Below, piece by piece: positions 1 through 9,412 of a DNA stretch of 64,000 bases. The notes below the pieces were generated by a model. That model did no database searches. It saw only the letters and a list, made by a program, of their open reading frames with translations, and was not told the origin of the DNA. This DNA is from a virus, in the IMG/VR virus record IMGVR_UViG_3300029448_008119, positions 28,313-92,312 of that record; one strand, given 5' to 3'. Position 1 is the stretch's first letter; every line of letters starts with the position of its first letter. Both the position numbers and the translations under genes were made by a program.

Positions 1-437
1 ATACCGCTTATTGACAAGTCTCCATATCTACTGTTTATTTGAAATTTATTTTCTAATATTAAATCTTCCTCTGTTTCGTTCGTTAAATAGATATTAAAAT
101 CCTTTACCGCAAAAGTTCCAGTTATATCGGTTGATATGGTTGCTCCACCTGTTTCTATGATTCTGCCATTTTCAAAGTCAAAAACAAAATCATCAGCTCT
201 GCCGCTACCCATAAATTGAGTTGGAATAACTGGATTTATCGAGCCCGACACAGAAGAATCATTTACCCATTGTTTATAGTCACTTTGAAAAGAAGAATAA
301 GAGGTTGGAAGTCTTGAGTCAGATTTGCTGTAAAGTTGCCCAGTTTTGTTAGAATAAGCTTCTCCTTCTTGTAGTAGTTCGTGATCGAACCAAAGCATAA
401 AGCTTGTCATTAGTTCATGTTTATATTGGGGCTTCAT
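1..437 (-). CDS. Virion protein, probable tail completion/terminator type (runs off the window start)
   Basis: Hand-translated open frame from ATG 437 (MKPQYKHELMTSFMLWFDHELLQEGEAY...) to the window edge, not in the ORF track; GTGTAA motif 10 nt upstream; follows neck-like genes. Confidence 0.55.
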   Translation of the reverse strand, partial: MKPQYKHELMTSFMLWFDHELLQEGEAYSNKTGQLYSKSDSRLPTSYSSFQSDYKQWVNDSSVSGSINPVIPTQFMGSGRADDFVFDFENGRIIETGGATISTDITGTFAVKDFNIYLTNETEEDLILENKFQINSRYGDLSISG

Positions 438-455
438 TTATTATTAATTACACTG

Positions 456-1040
456 TTAAAGCTGAAGGTTGGCAAATTCTTTTTGATACTTCTTTATGAG
501 TGCTGATATATACTGTGTATTTTTAAATTTAGATCCAGATTTTCTAACTTTTCTGGGAGATTGTATCCCAAGACCAGATCTACTACTATCTTTGCTTATT
601 TTAAGGTAATATCCTAATCCAGATATTCCAGTTTCTATTCCTTTCGCCCAGCTTCTTCCTGGCGCCCAAGGCATTGGTGTTGCAGCGAATATTTCAGCAG
701 CTTCAGGCATATCAATCTCAAACTCAACTGAGTTCCTGGTTGTCCGAGTGAATCTGAAATTAGTGGAAGATAGAATTTTTTCTATTGCATCTGTCGGGTC
801 TGAGCCAGATTCGAAGCCTATGAATGAGAATAAATTTGTAGCGCCTCCTAGGGTACCGCTAATATTACTAGAACTTGTGCCCCCTTTTATTTCAAGAGTA
901 ACTGGGTGATTGAGAAACTCAGCAATCATTTTATTTTTAAGTTTTTGAAAAGCTGGGGCAAATAGTTTTTGAACTTGCCCTCTTGCAAGATTGGGTACTT
1001 GCCTATTTATTTGAGATATATTTGAACTAGTTAATATCAT
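456..1040 (-). CDS. Putative neck / head-tail joining protein
   Basis: 194-aa ORF, basic C-terminus, coupled to the upstream gene at 1040; function inferred from position only. Confidence 0.45.
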   Translation of the reverse strand: MILTSSNISQINRQVPNLARGQVQKLFAPAFQKLKNKMIAEFLNHPVTLEIKGGTSSSNISGTLGGATNLFSFIGFESGSDPTDAIEKILSSTNFRFTRTTRNSVEFEIDMPEAAEIFAATPMPWAPGRSWAKGIETGISGLGYYLKISKDSSRSGLGIQSPRKVRKSGSKFKNTQYISALIKKYQKEFANLQL

Positions 1041-1498
1041 TATTCTTCAATTGGAGAAAGATAAAAATGATAATACTGAGGCCCAAAAATGCCAGTGGGG
1101 TTACCTTTACTTTCTATTGTATATTTTCTTCCCTCAAATTCGCACCTTTTTGCTTCTTTTAAAATTACAAACCCACTTTCATCTACAGTGATTCTAACAG
1201 AACCATCTATGGTCTCTATTCCTAGTTGGCTAGAAATATTACCGTCTGAAAGGTTCTGTTCTCTTGCGTTTATGTATTTTATTCTAGCTTTTATTGTATG
1301 GGTAACAGAGGTTTTTGAAGTACTGGCTGTGCCGCTAGAAGTTTTTCCATATATCCCATTATATTCAGAGCTGGCAGATATTAAAATTTTCTTGCCTTCT
1401 TCGTAAACTGTTATATTTCTAGCAAAAGTTTCATGTATGTCATCAATAATAGCTTTGATCGTACTTTTTTGAGAATCTGATATCAAGGAGGTGGCCAT
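1040..1498 (-). CDS. Putative head-closure / head-tail adaptor protein
   Basis: 152 aa, beta-rich C-terminus (EFEGRKYTIES...YYHFYL) typical of head-closure proteins; GTGTAA 8 nt upstream. Confidence 0.5.
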   Translation of the reverse strand: MATSLISDSQKSTIKAIIDDIHETFARNITVYEEGKKILISASSEYNGIYGKTSSGTASTSKTSVTHTIKARIKYINAREQNLSDGNISSQLGIETIDGSVRITVDESGFVILKEAKRCEFEGRKYTIESKGNPTGIFGPQYYHFYLSPIEE

Positions 1499-1505
1499 GT
1501 CTATA

Positions 1506-1525
1506 TTTACACTTTTTTGTGTAAA
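1506..1525. promoter_or_regulatory. Back-to-back divergent GTGTAA elements (TTTACAC-TTTTTT-GTGTAAA)
   Basis: Perfect 7-bp inverted repeat in the 49-bp gap between divergent genes 1498(-) and 1548(+). Confidence 0.7.
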
Positions 1526-1547
1526 GTAATTCAGGTATAAGGATATT

Positions 1548-1838
1548 ATGATTGCAAAAGAATTTTTGTATGATCGTTCTGATCATCACATTCGGTATTT
1601 ATTTAAGTCTTTTTTGCTAACTTTGGAAGAGATGCAAAAGGTTCACGAGATAAATTTTGAAAAACTGTACAGCAATTTGCCAAAAGAGTCTCAGTCGTTA
1701 ATTGAGATGGCAGATTACTTCGACGAAGATCATTACGAAATGTATAGAAAAAAAATATTAGATATTGGAAATTCTGTTTTGCGAGATTATAATAGTGAGT
1801 TAGAAAACTTAACAGTAGAATTCAAATTTAAGAACTAA
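1548..1838 (+). CDS. Hypothetical protein, first gene of the tail operon
   Basis: 96-aa ORF with TAATG overlap into the next gene. Confidence 0.6.
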   Translation: MIAKEFLYDRSDHHIRYLFKSFLLTLEEMQKVHEINFEKLYSNLPKESQSLIEMADYFDEDHYEMYRKKILDIGNSVLRDYNSELENLTVEFKFKN

Positions 1839-2599
1839 TGTTAGACTATGGCAAAGGCAAAATTATGGCAAAAGAAAATATTTACGAATTTACGTTAAAG
1901 AAAAAAGTTAAAAAGCAGGTAGAAACCAAAAGAAAAAACAAAGATGGAGAAGAAGAAACCATCTTATCTAATCGGACGGTTACTGTGCCAGTAAAGTTTT
2001 TTGTAAAAAAGCCGACAAGGCGCATGGCCGATGAAGCTGAAGTGTTTTATTCAGTTCAGTTAAGCAAGGCTATTAAAATGGGAATAGTCACGAAAGCGAT
2101 GCTTATTAAAAAGTATGCTGACAATGGAGGGGCTTTATCAGAAGAAGAATCCAAACTGCTTTTAAAATCTTTGAAAAAACTCAATGATTTAGAAAACGAG
2201 TACAAACTCTCTGTTATTAAAAAAACAAAAGATAGTAAAAAGAAAAGTGACGAGCTCGCATTACAAATTGTAACTCTAAAAAGAGAACTTCAAGAATTAG
2301 AATCTTCTTTACAATCCGTTTATCAACATACAGCAGATTCTAAAGCAGAAAAAGAAGTTTTGCTTTGGTACGCTATTCAACTAGCTGAATTTTCAGAAGA
2401 CGAAGGTGAAAAGGAGGCATTTTTTAACGGACTGGACTTTGAAGAACAGTTAGAAGATTTATATAATAAATATGAAGTAGACGAAAGTTTTGAATCTGAA
2501 GCTACTTCAAAAATTTGCAAAGTAGTAGGATATTGGTTTTATAATCAAGCCGCAGAGAAAAAAGATATAGAAGAGTTCATCAAGCAAGATGAACAATGA
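1838..2599 (+). CDS. Putative tail assembly chaperone (alternative start 1865)
   Basis: Charged coiled-coil ORF two genes before the tape measure gene; inferred from synteny. Confidence 0.5.
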   Translation: MLDYGKGKIMAKENIYEFTLKKKVKKQVETKRKNKDGEEETILSNRTVTVPVKFFVKKPTRRMADEAEVFYSVQLSKAIKMGIVTKAMLIKKYADNGGALSEEESKLLLKSLKKLNDLENEYKLSVIKKTKDSKKKSDELALQIVTLKRELQELESSLQSVYQHTADSKAEKEVLLWYAIQLAEFSEDEGEKEAFFNGLDFEEQLEDLYNKYEVDESFESEATSKICKVVGYWFYNQAAEKKDIEEFIKQDEQ

Positions 2600-3563
2600 T
2601 AGAAATTTAGAAATAGTTTCAGAGATATTGCAGGGCGTTACCGTTGTTAGAGGCTCCTTCGGATCTTTGTACTTAAAGCACCTTTCTCAGTTTGAACAAA
2701 GAGAGGTATTGTCTCAATCAAAAATTTTTGAAAAAGAGGGGGTATCAAAAGGCCTGCTAACGGAAAAGCAAGGTCTTCAAAATATACTAGATCAAGATAT
2801 GTGGTCTTTGGATGATGAAAATTTAATAAAAAATTTAAAAAAAGAAATTGATGATTTGAAATTGTCATCCTCACAAGTTTTTTTACCATCTCAACAAAAA
2901 CAGTTTATAGACAAATCTAAAGAGAAAGAGAAGGAATTGTTTTCTCTTGAAAAAGAAAAATCGCAACTTATTGGCTTGACTAGCGAAAAGTATGCGAGGA
3001 ATAAAGTTCAAAAAACTATAGTAAATAAAATTCTTTTTTATGACAGGGGGTTTAATAAAGGGGTTTATGAAGATTTGTATCTAAATGAAAATATGAAAGA
3101 GGCGGAACTATTTAAGCTACAAAAAGATTTCTTTGAAAAATTTGAAGACTCAAACATTTCTGAAGCTGTTTTAAGTGATTATTTTTCAATGTATTTACCA
3201 TTCTGTGAAGATGTTATGGGCGTTTTTGGAAAACCCCTGGCCGATTTAACAAGTTATCAATTAAAGCTAATATCTTTTGGTAGGTACTTTTTAAACATAT
3301 TTAAAAACTCTCAAAAAGAAATTCCAGACAATATAGCTAAAGACCCAGAACTTTTAATTGCTTTCCATCAGAATCAAAGAAATGAAAGATCTAAAACAAA
3401 AGCACAGTCTTCAGAAGGAGGATCGGCTTTTTTTGGCGCGAGTAAAGAAGATATACAACAAATTAAATCAAACGACGAAAGAGCTGTAGATTTAAATGAA
3501 GAAGTGAAGAAACAGGGGGGCTCTCTTAATATGGAACAAATGATGAAATTGCACGGAGTTTAG
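2589..3563 (+). CDS. Putative tail assembly chaperone (pre-tape-measure protein)
   Basis: 324-aa helical ORF directly before the tape measure gene. Confidence 0.5.
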   Translation: MNNDRNLEIVSEILQGVTVVRGSFGSLYLKHLSQFEQREVLSQSKIFEKEGVSKGLLTEKQGLQNILDQDMWSLDDENLIKNLKKEIDDLKLSSSQVFLPSQQKQFIDKSKEKEKELFSLEKEKSQLIGLTSEKYARNKVQKTIVNKILFYDRGFNKGVYEDLYLNENMKEAELFKLQKDFFEKFEDSNISEAVLSDYFSMYLPFCEDVMGVFGKPLADLTSYQLKLISFGRYFLNIFKNSQKEIPDNIAKDPELLIAFHQNQRNERSKTKAQSSEGGSAFFGASKEDIQQIKSNDERAVDLNEEVKKQGGSLNMEQMMKLHGV

Positions 3564-3569
3564 GTGTAA
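3564..3569 (+). promoter_or_regulatory. GTGTAA putative late promoter element
   Basis: 9 nt before ATG 3579; same motif and spacing at many operon heads. Confidence 0.7.
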
Positions 3570-3578
3570 TATCATTAT

Positions 3579-6500
3579 ATGGCGGTAAAACTAGGAGTTG
3601 ATTTTAATCCAAATACAAAAAAGGTTGAGGCGGCTTTAGCTAGGATACAAGCCCAAGCTAAGGGCGTTCAATTTGGTGGGGGCGCAAGATCAATTGAGAA
3701 ACTATCGCGTCCTTTAGGAAAAATTACTGGACAGGCCTCTGAGTTCCAAAAATCACTAGAAGCTTCTAATGCTCGTGTTTTGGCTTTCGGTGCTTCTGTA
3801 GCTGTCATTAATAAACTTTCTCAAGCTTTTGGAGCGTTAGTTGCTAATACTGTTAAAGTCGAAGCATCTTTTGCTAAAATTAACACTATTCTTGGTGGAA
3901 CCCAAAGACAATTAGAACAGTTTGGAAATGGAATTTTTAAAGTTGCACAAAATACTGCTACATCTTTTGATCAAGTAGCCGAAGGAGCTTTAGAATTAGC
4001 TCGTCAAGGTTTATCTGTTGAAGAATCATTATCTAGGGTCGAGACCGCATTAAAGTTGGTTCGTGTAGCTGGAATTGATTCTCAGCAAGCCGTTGCTGGT
4101 TTAACTGCCGCTATAAAAGGTTTTGAGGGAGCTGGATTAAACGTTGCCCAAATAGCAGATAAGTTGGCAGAGGTTGACACAAAGTTTGCTGTTTCTACAG
4201 AAGATTTAATTAATGGACTTGAACGAGCATCTGCATCAGCTCGTGTTGCTGGGGTAGATTTTGATGAGCTTTTAGGCGTCATAACAACAGTTCAAGAAAG
4301 AACGCAACGTGGTGGTGCTGTTATTGGTAATGCATTTAAAACTATTTTTGCTAGATTGGGTAGAACAGATACATTAGTTGCTTTAGAGCAGTTAGGTATA
4401 CAAGTTTTAGATTCACAAGGTAATGTAAGAAGTGCCATACCTCTTTTCCAAGAACTAGCGGTAGAGCTTGATAGGCTTGGTTTGAAAAGCCTTGAAGCTG
4501 GAGACATTATTCAAAAAGTTGCTGGAGTCAGGCAACGTGATATTTTAATTAGTTTGGTAGAAGATTTAAATTCAGGACAAAGCCAATTTGCAAAAGCTTT
4601 AGAAGTTTCTGCTGGAGCTGCTGGGTCTTTGGATAGAAAAAATGCTCAATTAAATGATACATTAGAGGCCTTGATAAATAATTTAACTGTAGGCGCTCAA
4701 AAACTTTCAGCTGTACTCGGAGAATTAGGATTTGCTGATGCAGCTAAAGATATTTTAAAAGTATTCTCTGCGGCGGTAAATGGACTGAGTGATTTATTGC
4801 AAGGAGATTCAATCGGCGCCAAATTTGCACAAGGGCTTGTAAAAGGCATTGGAAGCATTTTAACTGGTCCTGGGCTTGCGTTAATAAGTGCTATATTTGT
4901 AAAGTTATTTGTTGATTTAGCTAAATTTGGATCTACCTCTCTTAAAAGTTTATTGGGTATAAATAAAGCAGCGGAACAACAAAATTTACTCCAAAAGTCT
5001 GTTTTTCAAACACTTCTGCAAAACGAAGCAATTCAAAGAGAAATTTTAGCTCTTGAGGGTAATAAGGTAGCGCAAGAACAATTACTTTTAAAAATATATA
5101 ATCAACAAGCTGCTGCTTTAGCTAGGGTACAAAAGGCTGCCGCGACCGTAAGTCCTGGTCTTTTTAGAGGAGGATTTAGAGGCGGTGAAGGCGGCGTAGG
5201 GAGAACTAGAAGAGGAGCTAGTGGTTATGTTGCCGCTGAAGCTCGTGATGTATCTAGAGGAGTTGGTGGAGCGCCCGCAAGTTCTAAAGTAGTATCAATT
5301 CCAAACTTTGCTTTTGGCGGCGGCAAGCGCGGGACAATGGTTGCTAATACTAGTGAGTATTTTGTTCCTAATTATGCTGGCGGTGGAGATGCAATATTTA
5401 ATCGTGACATGATCCGATCTAGCGGTCTTCCGTCTGGCGCTAGAAAAATAAATGCGGCTGATGGATATATACCAAATTTTGTTAGAAGTAGGGTTGGAGC
5501 TGGTCTTGCTGTAAATAATAGATTTAGAACCAACAATCTTTCTGAGCTTAAGAGGATGGATCCATCAAAATTAAAAGGCAAGGACCGAAAGGACTATGAT
5601 GCTGCACTAGCTTCCAAGCAAAAGGCTAAAGTAAAACCATTAAACCTAAGTGCTGCTGGATTTTCTTATCTAGTTCCCCAGCTTAATTTTTCACAAACAG
5701 GAGGGCCGCCCAAAAGAGGAAGTTTTAAAAAAGGAAAAAGAAGTTTTCCATTTTCTCTTTCTGGCTTCTCGGCGTTTGGCCCAAAAATACCAGGAGGGGT
5801 TGATGCTGCTGGAGATCCTCAAGATGAATTTCTTGAAGAAAATATAACCAATGCTTTAGTAAAAGAATCTCAAAAATATGCAAACATATTAACCAGAGCT
5901 GTTGGCGGTAGAACGGTAAGTGGGGGAAATTTAAGGACTAAATTTTCTTCTGGCGGTACAAAAGGTGCATTTGGCGCGTTAAGATCTTCCGTAGGTTCGG
6001 CCTTTGAAATAGCTACCTCAGAAGCGTTGGGAATAGATGATGCCGCTGTTAAAAAGGGTGGGGGAGATTTTGATATAAGAAATCCTAGCCCAGAAGCTAA
6101 GCAAAAATTACGAAAACTTTTTGGATCAGCAGGTGGTGCGAATCAAGGAGAATTTAAAGTAAGCACTTCCATAGATAACATTGCTAGTTTTGCTAAAAAA
6201 ATAGCTACAGAAAAGAAAATGGCTTCGGGTGGTTATATTCCAAATTTTGCTATGTCCCCTATTGACGATGCTGTTCAAAGAGAAAAAGATGCTGGCGTAC
6301 CAATTAATCAAATTAGAATTAATCAAAGCGGCAAACTTCGTAATGCTGGAAATCCAGATGGATTAGCTGTGACAAATACAAGAGATGAGCCGACTGGAAG
6401 AATTCCAAACTTTGCAGAAGTACCCAGAGGAAGCAGAGATACTTTGGCGACAGCAGCATCACAAAGTAAAGCTGCCGCTGCGGCTAACAAGGCCGCCGCA

Positions 6501-9410
6501 TCATCCGAAAAGCTTGGCAAAAGTTTAGATGTGTCTATCGGCAAGTTTTTTATTTTACAATCGGCTCTAGGGGGATTAACTAGCATGCTTGGCAGCACAC
6601 AAGAAAACGCAAGTGGTTTACAAAAAACTTTTACAGCTTTGGGTTCAGCCGCGATGGCTGCAGTAAATGCAATGTTTGTTATGTCAATGGTTGGAGTTAA
6701 TCCAATTGGAGCCTCAAAGATACCGACAGGAGCCTTAAAGGGTGTTGCTGGAGCTTTAAAATCTATGGGTAAATTTGGTAAATTTATAAAACCATTAGTA
6801 AAACTTTTTGGTGGTCTTGCTAGGTTTGCTGGGCCAGTGGGGCTTGGACTTGTTGCGCTAAATACTGCGTTAAAAGTATTTACTGGAAAAGGTATTTTAG
6901 GACAATTCGGTATTGGAGTTAAAAACGCTACAGACAGATTAAAAGATTTTGAAAAAGAGCTAGAAAATAAAAATACAGAGCAAAGAGTTGAAGCAAATGA
7001 AAAAGCGCAAAGTCGTGTTAGTAATCTGGAAGGGCAAAAGGCATTTTTTGAAAGGACAATTAAAGAAGACGGTCTCGGGCTTGGCGCGGCACGACGAGGG
7101 GAAGAAAGTAGTGACGTCACGCTTGCGAGAAGAGAACTAGCAAAAATAAATTCACCAGATGGTCGGCAGTCATTGTCTGTGGCACGCGCGGAGGCAAGGG
7201 TAACTCAAGCAGCAGTTGATGAAAGCGCTGCAGGCATAGCGTCGGGCGACTCTGGTTCTTTTTCAACTGGAAGATTTGCGTCAGACTTTTTAAGAAATTT
7301 TGGGCCGCTTGATAAAGGCAGGCAGGTGACGTCAGGCGTAGGAACTTCACCTTTCATTGGGCCTCAACAAAAAATTGATTTCTCAGACCCTGCTTCAATC
7401 GTAGCACCTAAAGTTGGAACACAGGGGACTGTAGGAAATAGAAAAAAACTACTACAAGAAGAACTTAAACTTGCAAAAGACCAAGGCACTGTAGATAAAT
7501 TTAACATAGAATCAAGAATAGCTGGATTAAAATTCGAAATAGAAGCGAATAAGCAAAGATTTCAAATTACTGACGAGTTTACAAAAAATTTAGAAAAGGG
7601 CGGAGCTATCTCCCAAAAATCTCTTAAGATTATACAAGAACAAGTTGAGAATGGTGGAGATCTAAAAGATATACAGAATGCGCTTACAAAGGAGGGGGAA
7701 AAACTAAGTGATGCAAGTGAGAAAATTTTAAAAAAAGATTTACAAAGACTAGCTACTCTGAATTTAAACTTAAGTGCCCAAGAACAGGAAGTGGCCAATG
7801 AGCAACTTATAATTAAATTCAAACAAGAACAATTTACAATTGAACAAAATCTAGCAAAATTACTAGCAAAAAATAAATCAAAAGCAGCAAGTGAAAGTCT
7901 GGGTAGAGACGTAAACACAAGAACATTATCTCTTCAGGCTAACAAAGGCCCTATCGGTTCAGGAGAAAGTAGGTCTATTAAATTTAAACAAGAGATGATT
8001 TCGCTGGATGAAGAATTGGCTGGTTTAAATCTTGAAAAACAGAACGCTGCAGATGAATTAGCTGCCCTTGAAAAGAAAGGTTTAACAATAGCTGATCAAG
8101 ATTTTGTAACGGCGCAGAATTTAGTAAATTCCACTCAAGAAAGGCTTGATAAAATGAAGCCACTAATAGAAGCTGAAAAGGAACTAGCTCAATTTAGATC
8201 TCAGCAAAGTGGTTTTAGCTTAGGTTTAGAAGAATTAGATTCGACAATACTAAGCTTTGAGGATAAGCTTGGCAGAGAAATACCAGGACTATTTGCGGAT
8301 AATTTAGGTACGGCAATTAAAGACGCTGTTACTGGAGCTGAAGATATAGGAGACGCTCTTTCGAAAGCTGGAGAAAGTTTCTTAGGCTACATTAGAGATG
8401 CGTTTTTACAACAAGCAGCAAACCAGGCCACTAGCGCTATATTTGGTGGAATGGGAGGCGGTGGAGCTCCAGGCACAGGCGGAGGTTTAGTCGGAGGTTT
8501 ATTTGGTGGTATTAAGGACGCATTTTCAGGAGGATCAGGCGGTACCGAAGGAGCAGCTGGTGGCGCAACCGAAGAAAAAAAGGGGGGTATAGGAGGATTT
8601 TTCTCTAATCTCTTCGGCGGAGGCAAAAAAGGCGCAGCTTTAGGAGCTACTCCAGCCTCGCCAATGTATGTTTCAGATGTTTCATTAAGTAAAGGTGGAG
8701 CTGGTGGGGCTTTAGAAAGCTTGACTGGTGAAAAAAAGGGGGAAATGTCTGTAGAGGGAGAAGAAGGAAAAGGATTTTTCTCTGGACTAACAACCAAATT
8801 TGGTGATTTATTTAGTGGCTTAAAAGATGGTTTTGGTGATATCCTTGGAGGATTTAAACAAGGTATTGGTGGACTGTTTGGCGGTGGAGCAGGTGGTGGT
8901 GGTGGAGTCGGCGGCCTATTCAGTAGTATTATAGGTGGATTTTCAAGTGGATTCGGAGGATTTGGAACGGCACTTGGTGGATTTTTTGGATTCCAAAATG
9001 GAGGCAGAGTTGGATTCGCAAATGGCGGCCCAGTTGGATCAACAGACACGGTACCAGCAATGCTAACACCTGGAGAATTTGTAGTAAAAAGATCTGCGGT
9101 AGATAAATACGGAACAGATTTCTTATCTAGTTTAAATAAGGGTATATTACCGATGCAAGGATTCCAAAACGGAGGTTCTGTGTCTCCAGTCGCATCGGAA
9201 GCTGGCGCTTCTGCAATGGGCGGAAACCAGATCAGCAACAATTCAGATTTCACTTTTAATATACAAGAAGGTAAAGTTAATGAAGAGGGTGGACAGTCAT
9301 CTTCAGAGCAGCAAAAAGATTTTGCTGCCAGAATAAGATCTGCGGTTACAACAACTATACAAGAAGAATCAAGAACTGGAGGTTCGTTAAATTATTTATA
9401 TAAAGGATAA
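3579..9410 (+). CDS. Tail tape measure protein (TP901-like core) with internal inserted domains
   Basis: 1943 aa, Ala/Gly-rich helical; core motifs (ELARQG, RGGAVIGNAFKTIFAR), hydrophobic segments, C-terminal FANGG...DTVPAMLTPGEFVV. Confidence 0.93.
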   Translation: MAVKLGVDFNPNTKKVEAALARIQAQAKGVQFGGGARSIEKLSRPLGKITGQASEFQKSLEASNARVLAFGASVAVINKLSQAFGALVANTVKVEASFAKINTILGGTQRQLEQFGNGIFKVAQNTATSFDQVAEGALELARQGLSVEESLSRVETALKLVRVAGIDSQQAVAGLTAAIKGFEGAGLNVAQIADKLAEVDTKFAVSTEDLINGLERASASARVAGVDFDELLGVITTVQERTQRGGAVIGNAFKTIFARLGRTDTLVALEQLGIQVLDSQGNVRSAIPLFQELAVELDRLGLKSLEAGDIIQKVAGVRQRDILISLVEDLNSGQSQFAKALEVSAGAAGSLDRKNAQLNDTLEALINNLTVGAQKLSAVLGELGFADAAKDILKVFSAAVNGLSDLLQGDSIGAKFAQGLVKGIGSILTGPGLALISAIFVKLFVDLAKFGSTSLKSLLGINKAAEQQNLLQKSVFQTLLQNEAIQREILALEGNKVAQEQLLLKIYNQQAAALARVQKAAATVSPGLFRGGFRGGEGGVGRTRRGASGYVAAEARDVSRGVGGAPASSKVVSIPNFAFGGGKRGTMVANTSEYFVPNYAGGGDAIFNRDMIRSSGLPSGARKINAADGYIPNFVRSRVGAGLAVNNRFRTNNLSELKRMDPSKLKGKDRKDYDAALASKQKAKVKPLNLSAAGFSYLVPQLNFSQTGGPPKRGSFKKGKRSFPFSLSGFSAFGPKIPGGVDAAGDPQDEFLEENITNALVKESQKYANILTRAVGGRTVSGGNLRTKFSSGGTKGAFGALRSSVGSAFEIATSEALGIDDAAVKKGGGDFDIRNPSPEAKQKLRKLFGSAGGANQGEFKVSTSIDNIASFAKKIATEKKMASGGYIPNFAMSPIDDAVQREKDAGVPINQIRINQSGKLRNAGNPDGLAVTNTRDEPTGRIPNFAEVPRGSRDTLATAASQSKAAAAANKAAASSEKLGKSLDVSIGKFFILQSALGGLTSMLGSTQENASGLQKTFTALGSAAMAAVNAMFVMSMVGVNPIGASKIPTGALKGVAGALKSMGKFGKFIKPLVKLFGGLARFAGPVGLGLVALNTALKVFTGKGILGQFGIGVKNATDRLKDFEKELENKNTEQRVEANEKAQSRVSNLEGQKAFFERTIKEDGLGLGAARRGEESSDVTLARRELAKINSPDGRQSLSVARAEARVTQAAVDESAAGIASGDSGSFSTGRFASDFLRNFGPLDKGRQVTSGVGTSPFIGPQQKIDFSDPASIVAPKVGTQGTVGNRKKLLQEELKLAKDQGTVDKFNIESRIAGLKFEIEANKQRFQITDEFTKNLEKGGAISQKSLKIIQEQVENGGDLKDIQNALTKEGEKLSDASEKILKKDLQRLATLNLNLSAQEQEVANEQLIIKFKQEQFTIEQNLAKLLAKNKSKAASESLGRDVNTRTLSLQANKGPIGSGESRSIKFKQEMISLDEELAGLNLEKQNAADELAALEKKGLTIADQDFVTAQNLVNSTQERLDKMKPLIEAEKELAQFRSQQSGFSLGLEELDSTILSFEDKLGREIPGLFADNLGTAIKDAVTGAEDIGDALSKAGESFLGYIRDAFLQQAANQATSAIFGGMGGGGAPGTGGGLVGGLFGGIKDAFSGGSGGTEGAAGGATEEKKGGIGGFFSNLFGGGKKGAALGATPASPMYVSDVSLSKGGAGGALESLTGEKKGEMSVEGEEGKGFFSGLTTKFGDLFSGLKDGFGDILGGFKQGIGGLFGGGAGGGGGVGGLFSSIIGGFSSGFGGFGTALGGFFGFQNGGRVGFANGGPVGSTDTVPAMLTPGEFVVKRSAVDKYGTDFLSSLNKGILPMQGFQNGGSVSPVASEAGASAMGGNQISNNSDFTFNIQEGKVNEEGGQSSSEQQKDFAARIRSAVTTTIQEESRTGGSLNYLYKG

Positions 9411-9412
9411 CA

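Noticed and set aside
2540-2600. Programmed -1 frameshift joining the two tail chaperone genes (AAAAAAG near 2558)
   Set aside because: The downstream ORF is in the +1 frame, the A run is not phased as X XXY YYZ, and a TAG at 2568-2570 closes the downstream frame
4082-9253. Long antisense ORFs inside the tape measure gene (e.g. 6323-7120, 8387-9253)
   Set aside because: Shadows of Gly/Ala-rich codons giving Pro/Ser-rich text; no start context or promoter motif
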